The notes under the pieces are model-generated. The model was given only the letters and a program-made list of their open reading frames with translations. It did no database searches and had not been told where the DNA came from. From assembly GCA_026393755.1 (NCBI GenBank), contig JAPKZO010000029.1:16490-80489 (forward strand): DNA of 64,000 nucleotides. The letters are read 5' to 3'. This stretch comes from Acidobacteriota bacterium (GTDB lineage: Bacteria; Acidobacteriota; Vicinamibacteria; Vicinamibacterales; JAKQTR01). Shown in pieces: positions 1 through 7,946 of the stretch. The translations under genes and the position numbers were made by a program. Position 1 is the stretch's first letter, and each line of letters begins with the position of its first letter.

Positions 1-2
1 CC

Positions 3-560
3 GTGGTCGGGCCAAGTCCCACGGTCGAACTTCCGACCCTCGATGTCATGCTCGCCGACAAGGTGCTGGGCAATGCAGCCGCGCCGGTGACGATGATCGA
101 GTATTCGTCGCTGACCTGTTCCCACTGCGCCTCGTTCCACGCGGTGACCCTGCCCCAGATCAAGGCCGCCTATCTCGATACCGGCAAGGTGAAGCTCATC
201 TACCGCGACTACCCGTTGGACAGCGTGGCGATGTCGGCGGCCATGGTGGCCCGCTGCTCCGGCGATCGCTACTTCACCGTACTGGACCTGTTATTCCAGG
301 CGCAGGCGACCTGGGCAGGCAGCGGGAACCCGACAAGCGCGATCAAGGCGGTCGTCGCCCAGGCGGGGATGACCGGCGCGGAGGTTGACGCGTGTCTGAC
401 TCTCACCAGCCTCCGGAACGGCATCACGAACATGAAGACAGCCGCCGAGCAGCAGTACAGCGTCTTCGGCACGCCGACCTTCATCATCGGGTCGCAGACC
501 ATTGTCGGCGCCTACCCGTTCGCCACCTTCGATGCCGTGTTGAGATCCCTGACTCAGTGA
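3..560 (+). CDS. DsbA-family thiol:disulfide oxidoreductase (N-terminus undefined, ORF open to window edge)
   Basis: ORF runs to the left edge. Thioredoxin-fold CxxC active site in 'YSSLTCSHCASFH'. C-terminal 'FGTPTFIIG' region is typical of DsbA-like proteins. Confidence 0.8.
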   Translation: MVGPSPTVELPTLDVMLADKVLGNAAAPVTMIEYSSLTCSHCASFHAVTLPQIKAAYLDTGKVKLIYRDYPLDSVAMSAAMVARCSGDRYFTVLDLLFQAQATWAGSGNPTSAIKAVVAQAGMTGAEVDACLTLTSLRNGITNMKTAAEQQYSVFGTPTFIIGSQTIVGAYPFATFDAVLRSLTQ

Positions 561-966
561 CGTTGCGTGTCCCGCTGGCGCCGGAGCGGAGAGAAGAACG
601 AAGGCCGCGGTCAGGGGCCCCTGGCCCACGCTACGCGCGCGGCAAGTCCAGATTTCACTGAGCGGCCAGGAGATTCCGGACCAGCGTCTCGGAGTTCAAT
701 TCCCTGCCTCCCAGCCAAACTCAAACCCTTCCCACACAGTCGTTTGCGTCAGCCGCGCGTCGATCGTGTTCCTGGTGACGCGGCTCGAGCAGGAGGTGGG
801 CAGGACACGCAGGCCGTCCGAATTTAGCGGAATAACGAACTGTCTCTTGTGGTGCGTGCGGCGGAAGACTAAGCTTCGGGACTGTTACTGACAACGTGAC
901 GTCGCGACGCGCGACCAGTCCACTGGCACTGCAGGGATCAAGCGGAGGAACACTCCGGGAGGAACG

Positions 967-1941
967 ATGCTGGATGATACAGCTGGAGACGCTGCCTGCC
1001 AGGCGATCATCGGCCGCATCCGGGAAGAGATCGTCCCTCTTTTCGACCGGGCGATTCGGGACGAGAAGGCATGTTTTCAGAATCCCCATCTCATTCACTG
1101 CCTGCAGAAGAAGACCTGCACACGCGAGGTTTGTCCCGCCTACCATGATGAAGCGGCCCGCTGCTGGCAGATCGCGGGCACGTACTGCGGGGGGGACATC
1201 CAGGGCTCTTTCGCGGACAAGTACCAGAACTGCAGGGCCTGCGATGTCTTCCTGACGGCCTGTCCGACAATCGTGGAGGAATTGGGCGAGAATCTGAACA
1301 ATCTCCTTTTTCTGCTACGCAAGGAGAAGCGGCTGACCCGGTCCCAGATCGACAAGATCGAATATCTGAACCGGGAGCTTCTCTCATCGCTGGAAAATCT
1401 CGACACCAGGAACCGGGAGATTCAGGAACTCGTCGTCACGGACAAGCTCACGGGACTCTATAACCGCCACTATCTGATGACTTCACTTGAAGACGAGATC
1501 GACCGCTGTCAACGTCGCGAGAATCGGTTTGCCCTCATGATGATCGACGTGGACAACTTCAAGTCGATCAACGACGACTATGGTCATTCGTCCGGCGACG
1601 CGATGCTCGCCTGCCTCGGCGGCCTCCTGAGGAAACAGACTCGGAAACACGACCGGCCGTTCCGATACGGCGGGGAGGAGTTTGTGGTCATCCTCCCGGA
1701 CACCGATCTGACGATCGCCTGGGTGGTGGCGGAGAGAATCCGCACGACGTTCGAGAAGGAGCAAATCACAGTTGAGACGAAGGACGCGCCTCTCACGGCC
1801 GTCTCTCGCACCCTGAGCATAGGCCTCGCCAGATATGAGCAGGGCCTGACCCCAGAGGCTTTATTGATGCAGGCCGACGACGCGATGTACAGGGCGAAGT
1901 CGCAAGGCAAGAACAGAGTGATCAAGCACGGGGTCGATTAG
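967..1941 (+). CDS. Diguanylate cyclase (GGDEF) with N-terminal 10-cysteine domain and coiled-coil linker
   Basis: SD 'GGGAGGA' lies just upstream of ATG 967. GGDEF motifs 'LTGLYNRHY' and 'DVDNFKSINDDYGH', active site 'RYGGEEF', RxxD I-site 'RKHD' five residues upstream. The N-terminus carries 10 Cys. Confidence 0.9.
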   Translation: MLDDTAGDAACQAIIGRIREEIVPLFDRAIRDEKACFQNPHLIHCLQKKTCTREVCPAYHDEAARCWQIAGTYCGGDIQGSFADKYQNCRACDVFLTACPTIVEELGENLNNLLFLLRKEKRLTRSQIDKIEYLNRELLSSLENLDTRNREIQELVVTDKLTGLYNRHYLMTSLEDEIDRCQRRENRFALMMIDVDNFKSINDDYGHSSGDAMLACLGGLLRKQTRKHDRPFRYGGEEFVVILPDTDLTIAWVVAERIRTTFEKEQITVETKDAPLTAVSRTLSIGLARYEQGLTPEALLMQADDAMYRAKSQGKNRVIKHGVD

Positions 1942-2140
1942 GCGGGCCTCTCACCCACGCGCGGGTCGTTGTGCACGACCAGCGTCTGGGTGTCCGTGGC
2001 TCCGTCGACCAGCAGCCTGAGCGTGTCGGTACCCGGCAACGCCAGCGGCCCGGCAGATCGAGGCTATAATTGACGCCATCTCGTTGCGGCACTTCTCGCG
2101 GCCGTCGACTTGCGTTTCGCACCCACCAACGAGGCCCAGT

Positions 2141-3202
2141 ATGACCAGACACTTGCTCATTACACTCGCTATCGTCTGCGCGTTCAGTCTTGCCGCGCCT
2201 CCCGTCGGGCACGCGCAGACGTTCAAGGTTGAGAAGTTTGATATCAAAGGCGACGGCGGCACCGACTACGTTGCCGTCGAAGCCGCCACGGGCCGCGTGT
2301 TCGTTTCGCGTTCCACCCACATGATGGTCGTCGAAGGCGCGACGGGCAAAGTGCTCGGCGACATTCCAAACACGCCAGGCGTGCATGGCGCCGGCTTCGC
2401 CACCAAGGCTGGCCACGGCTTCACGACCAACAGCGGCGACGAAACCGTCACGATGTTCGATCTGAAGACACTGGCGGTGCTCAGGCAGATCAAGGTCGGC
2501 CCCGGTCTCGACGGCATCATGTACGACGAGCCCGACGATAAGATCATCCTCACCAATCACAGCCGTCCGATCGGCACGCTCACAGCGATCGATCCCAAGA
2601 CCGGGGACATTGTTGCCACCGTCGAGCTGGAAGACACGGCCCCCGAAGGCGCCGCTGCCGATGGCAAGGGACACGTCTTCGTGAACAACGAAGGCAAGAA
2701 CACGATCCAGGTGATCGACGTCAAGACGTGGAAGGTGACCGCATCCTGGCCGCTCGCACCCTGCGAAGGGCCGACCGGCATCGCCTACGACAAGGCGTCG
2801 AACCGCATCTTCTCCGGTTGCAGCAACACCTCTGTCGTCGTCGATGCGGGCACGGGCAAGGTCGTGGCGTCCATCACGAACGGCACGCGCGTTGACGCCC
2901 TGGGATGGGATGCGTCCAGGAAGCTGATTTACATTCCAAATGGGGGCGAGGGCAATGTGACTGTCGTCCACCAGGATTCGCCCGACAAGTACACGGTGGT
3001 TGCGACGGTCGCCACGTTTGCCGGCGCAAAGACGATCGCCGTGGATCCGATGACGCACAACGTGTACCTCTTCCAGCCCGAGCGCGGTCCGGTTCCGCCG
3101 CCAGCGGCTGGCGCGCCGCCACCGACGGCGGGACGGGGCGGACGTGGCCGCGGTCCACAGGGTCCGATTGTCGCTGCGTGGTTCATCGTCATCAAGCAGT
3201 AG
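2141..3202 (+). CDS. Secreted YncE/YVTN-like beta-propeller repeat protein
   Basis: Start moved from 2084 to in-frame ATG 2141, giving signal peptide 'MTRHLLITLAIVCAFSLAAPPVGHA'. Repeated blade-like segments ('GVHGAGF', 'LDGIMYD', 'PEGAAADGKGHVFV', 'PTGIAYD'). C-terminal Pro/Gly/Arg tail 'TAGRGGRGRGPQG'. Confidence 0.7.
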   Translation: MTRHLLITLAIVCAFSLAAPPVGHAQTFKVEKFDIKGDGGTDYVAVEAATGRVFVSRSTHMMVVEGATGKVLGDIPNTPGVHGAGFATKAGHGFTTNSGDETVTMFDLKTLAVLRQIKVGPGLDGIMYDEPDDKIILTNHSRPIGTLTAIDPKTGDIVATVELEDTAPEGAAADGKGHVFVNNEGKNTIQVIDVKTWKVTASWPLAPCEGPTGIAYDKASNRIFSGCSNTSVVVDAGTGKVVASITNGTRVDALGWDASRKLIYIPNGGEGNVTVVHQDSPDKYTVVATVATFAGAKTIAVDPMTHNVYLFQPERGPVPPPAAGAPPPTAGRGGRGRGPQGPIVAAWFIVIKQ

Positions 3203-3464
3203 CTGTTCGAGGCTGCCATATTCGCGCGCGGGGCTCGCGGGACGGCGCGTGTGACGCGTCTCGGGCGAAGTGTGGGCCGTCAGTGCCGTCCCATCTGGCC
3301 CCACCGTCTCCCCGCCCCTTCTTGGTCGCGCCGAGCCTGTTGCCAGCCGAGCCTTGACTCCGCGACAACGCCCCGTTAGCCTCGTGGAGCCAACTGCCGG
3401 GGGCGGCGCGGACTCGGCCGGTTGCCGACCGGAATTGACCCGCGACGTGAACCGGAGGAGAACG

Positions 3465-4361
3465 ATGACGAGGCTGACCGTTGGTGCCATGGTGCTGTGT
3501 CTGCTCGCAGCTGTCTCGGCGCAGGCACAGCAGGACGAAGCGGGCTGCAAGGATCACCCGCTGTTCACCCGCTTTCCCAACATGCATATCACTGGATGCC
3601 AGAGCAGGCAGTTCGATCTCCGGGCGTTCCCGGTGGGCCCTCCCGACACCGACCGCAATACGAAGCCGATCGCGGTCGAAGGACCGGTGCAGTGGATCAA
3701 GTACGAATTGAACGACGGAGCGACGCCTCCGAGCGGCCTGCAGATCATGCGGAACTTCGAGAACGCAGCAAAGAAGGCCGGCGGCACGATCGAGGGCCAG
3801 TACCCGGGCTGGTGCAAGGCCAACTACGAACAGGAACGCATGCCCGACATGGGCAACGGCTGCTTGAGCTACGGCCTGACGATGAAGTTCGTCAAGGGCA
3901 GCAAGGAGGTCTGGGCGTTCCTGCAGGCCGACGAGGATGGCAGCAACTACGTGATGACCGTATCCGAACGCGAGGAGATGAAGCAGGAGGTCAGTGTCAC
4001 CGAACTGGTTGACAAGCTCTCCAAGGACGGTTTCGTCGCGCTGTATATCAACTTCGAAACAGGGAAGTCGACGATCAACCCCGACTCGGCCAAGACCCTG
4101 GACGCCGCGGCTGGCGCATTGAAAGCGGCGGGCGATTTCCGCGTCGAGGTCGCCGGGCATACCGATAACGTCGGCACACCCGAGGCGAACCTGAAGTTGT
4201 CACAGGATCGCGCCCAGGCCGTGATGGCCGCGCTCGTGGAGCGGGGCGTCAAGGCCGACAGGCTGACCGCGAAAGGGTACGGCCAGACAGCGCCAATCGC
4301 CGACAATCGCGCGGAGGACGGCCGCGCGAAGAACAGGCGCGTGGAACTCGTAAAGAAGTAG
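3465..4361 (+). CDS. OmpA-family protein (N-terminal 'DHPLFTRFP' domain + OmpA_C peptidoglycan-binding domain)
   Basis: Start moved to ATG 3465 (SD 'GGAGGAG' 4 nt upstream; signal peptide 'MTRLTVGAMVLCLLAAVSAQA'). OmpA_C motifs 'VEVAGHTDNVGTPEANLKLSQDRA' and 'RAKNRRVELVK'. Confidence 0.85.
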   Translation: MTRLTVGAMVLCLLAAVSAQAQQDEAGCKDHPLFTRFPNMHITGCQSRQFDLRAFPVGPPDTDRNTKPIAVEGPVQWIKYELNDGATPPSGLQIMRNFENAAKKAGGTIEGQYPGWCKANYEQERMPDMGNGCLSYGLTMKFVKGSKEVWAFLQADEDGSNYVMTVSEREEMKQEVSVTELVDKLSKDGFVALYINFETGKSTINPDSAKTLDAAAGALKAAGDFRVEVAGHTDNVGTPEANLKLSQDRAQAVMAALVERGVKADRLTAKGYGQTAPIADNRAEDGRAKNRRVELVKK

Positions 4362-4398
4362 CAGCCGCGAGTCCGCCGCACCCGACAGGAGATCAACC

Positions 4399-5382
4399 GT
4401 GACGGATCGATTGGGGCGCGAGTTTCTCTATCTCTCCCAGGCCGACGTGGCTGGACTCGGGCTGTCGATGGCGGACATCATCACGGCCTTGGAAGCCATG
4501 TTCCGCGAAAAGGCCGCAGGACGCGTCGAGATGCCGCCCAAGCCCGGCGTCCATACACGACCAGACGCGTTCCTTCATGCCATGCCGGCCTATATCCCCT
4601 CGCAGAATGCGGTCGGGATGAAGTGGGTTGGCGGCTACCCGGAGAACCACCGGCGCAACCTGCCGTACATCACAGGGTTGCTCCTGCTCAACGACGTTGA
4701 GACGGGCATTCCGATTGCGGCGATGGACTGTACCTGGATTACCGCGAAGCGCACCGGCGCGGCAACCGCGGTGGCTGCTCGATGCCTGGCGCGCCCGGAA
4801 TCGCGCACGGTCGGGATACTCGGCTGCGGCGTGCAGGGCCGCAGCAATCTGGAAGCCCTGAAGGTCATCTTCCAACTGGGCACTGTTCGCGCCTTCGACG
4901 TGGATCGCGCGACGCGTGAATCGTACGCGCGCGACATGAGCACCCAGTGCGGGCTGGACGTCATTCCCGTCACTGAGCCGAAAGAGGCGGTCGTCGGATG
5001 CGACATCGTCGTCACCGCAGGCCCCATCCTGCGTCAGCCGCATGCGACGATCCAACGTGGCTGGTTCGCCGAGGGCGCGTTTGCGTCGCTCGTGGACTTC
5101 GACTCTTATTGGCATCCGGACGCGTTGCGCCAGGTCGACAAGTTCTGCACCGACGATGTGCCACAACTGGAACACTACCGGCACATCGGCTACTTCCAGC
5201 ACATCCCTCCAATCCACGCGGACCTCGGGGAGTTGGTGTCCGGCCGAAGGCCCGGAAGAGAGACGCCGCGGGAGCGCACGATGGCCTGCAATCTCGGACT
5301 GGCGCTGGACGATATCGCCACGGCGCCGCTGGTCTATGAGCGCGCGCTGAAGGCGGGCGTGGGCACCTGGCTGCCGCTGTGA
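4399..5382 (+). CDS. Ornithine cyclodeaminase / mu-crystallin family protein
   Basis: GTG start. Family-typical 'WITAKRTGAATAVAARCLA' followed by Rossmann 'VGILGCGVQGRSNLEAL'. Length 327 aa. Confidence 0.85.
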   Translation: MTDRLGREFLYLSQADVAGLGLSMADIITALEAMFREKAAGRVEMPPKPGVHTRPDAFLHAMPAYIPSQNAVGMKWVGGYPENHRRNLPYITGLLLLNDVETGIPIAAMDCTWITAKRTGAATAVAARCLARPESRTVGILGCGVQGRSNLEALKVIFQLGTVRAFDVDRATRESYARDMSTQCGLDVIPVTEPKEAVVGCDIVVTAGPILRQPHATIQRGWFAEGAFASLVDFDSYWHPDALRQVDKFCTDDVPQLEHYRHIGYFQHIPPIHADLGELVSGRRPGRETPRERTMACNLGLALDDIATAPLVYERALKAGVGTWLPL

Positions 5383-5436
5383 CTTTCGCGAGGAGCCCCC
5401 AGGCGGAAGGATTGGTGAGGCAGACGAATGACGGAC

Positions 5437-5464
5437 GCCGGGGTCACGACGTGGCGACCCCGGC
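5437..5464. terminator. Hairpin between convergent genes (possible bidirectional terminator)
   Basis: 9-bp perfect stem GCCGGGGTC / GACCCCGGC with a 10-nt loop, in the 111-bp gap between the 3' ends of the OCD-family gene and the small secreted-protein gene. No T-tract. Confidence 0.4.
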
Positions 5465-5493
5465 GCACTTGAAATCGCGTCTTGAAACCGGCT

Positions 5494-6006
5494 CTAGTCC
5501 TTGTCGCCGTTCTTGACCGTGGAGTAGACGTAGCCGGTCGGCACACCATTCACCGCAAAGGCACCGCCCGGGTAGACCACGTCGTTTTCGAGCACCATCC
5601 CCTTCATACCGCCCTGGCCATGTCCCTGAGCCTTGTAGCTTCCGGCCCCGGTCGCGAAGTTGAATGTGCCCTGCCACGTCCCCACCCACTTGCCCACGGC
5701 ATTCTCGAACTCGAACGTTCCCCAGCACGGGCCGGTCACGGTGTCGTCGAGATCGCAGTTCATGACGACCGGTCCAGCCGCGCTCGAGTACTCACCCGCC
5801 GGCCCGACCAGCGTGTCCTTGAACACGGTGGTCCAGCCGCGGATCTTCCCGCCAGGCCCGATCATTCCCTGTCCGGGTGTCCAGTTAGCCAGCGCTACCT
5901 CCGTGCCGCCCGCCACAAGCGGCGACGCCGACCGGGCCGCGGTGAGCGCGAACCCGCCCGCGACCATGATTCCGACAACGAGAACGCCAATCATCCTGAT
6001 GCGCAT
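5494..6006 (-). CDS. Hypothetical small secreted Gly/Trp-rich protein
   Basis: Raw ORF (to 6369) trimmed to ATG 6006, with SD 'AAAGGAG' upstream on the minus strand and signal/anchor 'MRIRMIGVLVVGIMVAGGFALTAA'. 170 aa, no family recognised. Confidence 0.6.
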   Translation of the reverse strand: MRIRMIGVLVVGIMVAGGFALTAARSASPLVAGGTEVALANWTPGQGMIGPGGKIRGWTTVFKDTLVGPAGEYSSAAGPVVMNCDLDDTVTGPCWGTFEFENAVGKWVGTWQGTFNFATGAGSYKAQGHGQGGMKGMVLENDVVYPGGAFAVNGVPTGYVYSTVKNGDKD

Positions 6007-6111
6007 CGTACCTGCTCCTTTCGTTTCCTCGACAAAGGGCAGCCTAGCAACGCGCCAGATGACAAACCTGACGAAAAGCTGCAAAATCTCAGCGATCGGG
6101 AGGGTCCTGCC

Positions 6112-7863
6112 ATGCCCGGCGACACGCGCAGTTACCGCTTCGGCGACTTCACCCTCGAGGCCGGCGAACGCCAACTCCTCCGAGGCGGGCAGCCGGTCGT
6201 GCTTCGCCCGAAGGCGTTTGAGACGCTCAGGTTGCTCGTCGAACGTCGCGGCCGCCTGGTGACCCGAGACGAACTGCTGAACAGCGTATGGGCCGACACG
6301 AACGTGAGCGAGGCCGTGCTGACGCACTGCGTGACGGAGGTGCGCCAGGCGCTGGACGACGACCCGCATCAGCCAAAGTACTTGAAGACGATCCCGCGCG
6401 TCGGCTACAAGTTCATCGCCGAGATCGGGACCATCGAGACGTCGGCCCGCCCGTCAGGTTTCGTCGCAGACACCGCCGGCGCGACCGTTCCGCCAACCGC
6501 CATCGCCGTGCTTCCATTCGCCAACATCAGCGGCGATCCCGAAAACGAGTACTTCTGCGACGGATTGTCCGAGGAGTTGATCAACGGCCTCACGGCGGTC
6601 AGGCAACTCCGAGTGGTGGCCCACAGTTCGTCGTTTGCCTTCAAGGGACGCGACAGCGATGTGCGGGAGATCGGCCGGCAGCTGAACGTGGCGTCAGTGC
6701 TCGAGGGCAGCGTGCGCAAGTCGGGAGATCGCGTCAGAGTCTCGGCGCAGCTCATCAACGCCGCCGACGGGTACCACGTGTGGTCCGAGCAGTACGATCG
6801 CCGGCTGGTGGACCTGTTCGCCATTCAGGATGAGATCTCGGCGGCGATTCTGCAGAAGCTGAAGGTCAAGCTGCTGACGAACCCGCGAGTCGCCCGGCGT
6901 CCGACGGATTCCCTGGAGGCCTACCACCTTTACCTGAAGGGCCGGACCTTCTGGCACCGGCGATTCAGGGGGCAGATTCAGCACGCGATGGAGTGCTTCC
7001 AGCAGGCCATCGATCTCGATCCGCAATTCGCGGCGGCCTACACGGGCCTCGCGAACTGCTACAGCACCCTGGGCATCTGGGCGTTTGCGCCCCCGGCGTC
7101 GGTTCTTCCGAAGGCGCGCGATCTCGCGTGCCGGGCGCTCGACATCGACGACACGCTCGCCGAGCCTCACGCGTCGCTCGCTCTGATCGACACGTTTTAC
7201 AGCTGGAAGTGGGACGCCGCCGGACGCGGATTCGCCCGGGCCATCGAGCTCAACCCGGGCTCCGCGCTGACCCGTCTCTGGAACGGGCACTATCTGAGCA
7301 TCGTCGGTCGATTCGACGAGGCGTTCACCGAGATGCGCCTCGCGCAGGACCTCGACCCGCTTTCTCCGGTCGTAGGCCCGAACCTCGGGTGGACCCACAT
7401 TCTGGCGCACCAGTACGATCGCGCCATCGAGGAACTGCGCACCGTGCTGGAATTCGACCCGGCGAACGGCCTCGCCCATTTCTACCTGGGGTATGCGCAC
7501 GTCGAACTCGGGAACTTCCGGGACGCTCTTCGGAGCTTCGAGAAGGCGGCCGAGGCAACCGGCGGTCTGCCTTGGCTGGCCGAGTCCGTCGCGTGGGTCC
7601 GCGGTCTGGCCGGTGACCGAACGGCGGCCCTGGCCGCGCTCAAAGACGTGGCGCGCCGGACGCAGACGGGGTACGTGCCGTCCTCAGCCATCGCCATGCT
7701 TCACCTGGCGCCGGCGAACGACAGCGCCGTACTCGACTGCCTGGAGAAGGGGCTCGCCGAGCACGATGCGCTGATGGTCTGGATCGGATTCATGCCGTGT
7801 TTCGATCACCTGCACGGGCACGCGCGGTTCCAGGCGCTGCTGCGCGAGCTTGGGTTGGGGTGA
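6112..7863 (+). CDS. OmpR/CadC-type winged-helix transcriptional regulator with TolB-N-like and TPR domains
   Basis: Raw ORF (from 5482) trimmed to ATG 6112 (SD 'GGGAGGG'). wHTH 'YRFGDFTLEAGERQLLRGGQPVVLRPKAFETLRLLVERRGRLVTRDEL...IPRVGYKF'. Then 'IAVLPFANISGDPENEYFCDGLSEEL'. TPR-like repeats fill the C-terminal half. Confidence 0.8.
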   Translation: MPGDTRSYRFGDFTLEAGERQLLRGGQPVVLRPKAFETLRLLVERRGRLVTRDELLNSVWADTNVSEAVLTHCVTEVRQALDDDPHQPKYLKTIPRVGYKFIAEIGTIETSARPSGFVADTAGATVPPTAIAVLPFANISGDPENEYFCDGLSEELINGLTAVRQLRVVAHSSSFAFKGRDSDVREIGRQLNVASVLEGSVRKSGDRVRVSAQLINAADGYHVWSEQYDRRLVDLFAIQDEISAAILQKLKVKLLTNPRVARRPTDSLEAYHLYLKGRTFWHRRFRGQIQHAMECFQQAIDLDPQFAAAYTGLANCYSTLGIWAFAPPASVLPKARDLACRALDIDDTLAEPHASLALIDTFYSWKWDAAGRGFARAIELNPGSALTRLWNGHYLSIVGRFDEAFTEMRLAQDLDPLSPVVGPNLGWTHILAHQYDRAIEELRTVLEFDPANGLAHFYLGYAHVELGNFRDALRSFEKAAEATGGLPWLAESVAWVRGLAGDRTAALAALKDVARRTQTGYVPSSAIAMLHLAPANDSAVLDCLEKGLAEHDALMVWIGFMPCFDHLHGHARFQALLRELGLG

Positions 7864-7878
7864 AAGAGTTCGACGAGA

Positions 7879-7910
7879 GCGGAGCGCCTCGGAATTCGCG
7901 ACGCTCCGCC
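7879..7910. terminator. Hairpin between convergent genes
   Basis: 8-bp stem GCGGAGCG / CGCTCCGC with a 16-nt loop, between the 3' ends of the regulator and the BNR gene. No T-tract. Confidence 0.3.
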
Positions 7911-7946
7911 GGTGATACCTCCCCGATCGAATGGTCCCTAAGGCCG

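Noticed and set aside
690-717. tRNA/tmRNA 3'-end-like string 'CGGAGTTCAATTCCCTGCCTCCCAGCCA' (T-loop-like TTCAATT plus a terminal GCCA)
   Set aside because: The putative T-stem has an A:C mismatch. No complementary 5' acceptor strand ('TGGGRGG') exists 70-95 nt upstream, and a tmRNA-sized 5' partner would fall inside the DsbA CDS. No cloverleaf can be drawn. At most this is a decayed fragment or integration scar, and I cannot support even that.
567-827. 86-aa ORF filling part of the long spacer upstream of the diguanylate cyclase
   Set aside because: The translation is Arg/Pro/Gly/Ser-rich with no SD and no hydrophobic core or motif. It is indistinguishable from the random high-GC ORFs elsewhere in the track.
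2065-2070. 'TATAAT' hexamer 71 nt upstream of the YncE-like start. There is also 'TAGAAT' at 35120-35125 and 'TATGGT' at 54126-54131 (7 nt before ATG 54139, hinting at a leaderless mRNA).
   Set aside because: No acceptable -35 element lies at 16-18 bp spacing in any of the three cases, and promoter consensus for this lineage is unknown to me. A single hexamer is not sufficient evidence.
1922-3550. 542-aa ORF on the minus strand, antisense to the YncE-like and OmpA genes
   Set aside because: Its Arg/Pro/Gly/Ala-rich, low-complexity translation has no motifs. It fully overlaps two well-supported genes on the other strand. Long stop-free antisense frames are expected at this GC content.
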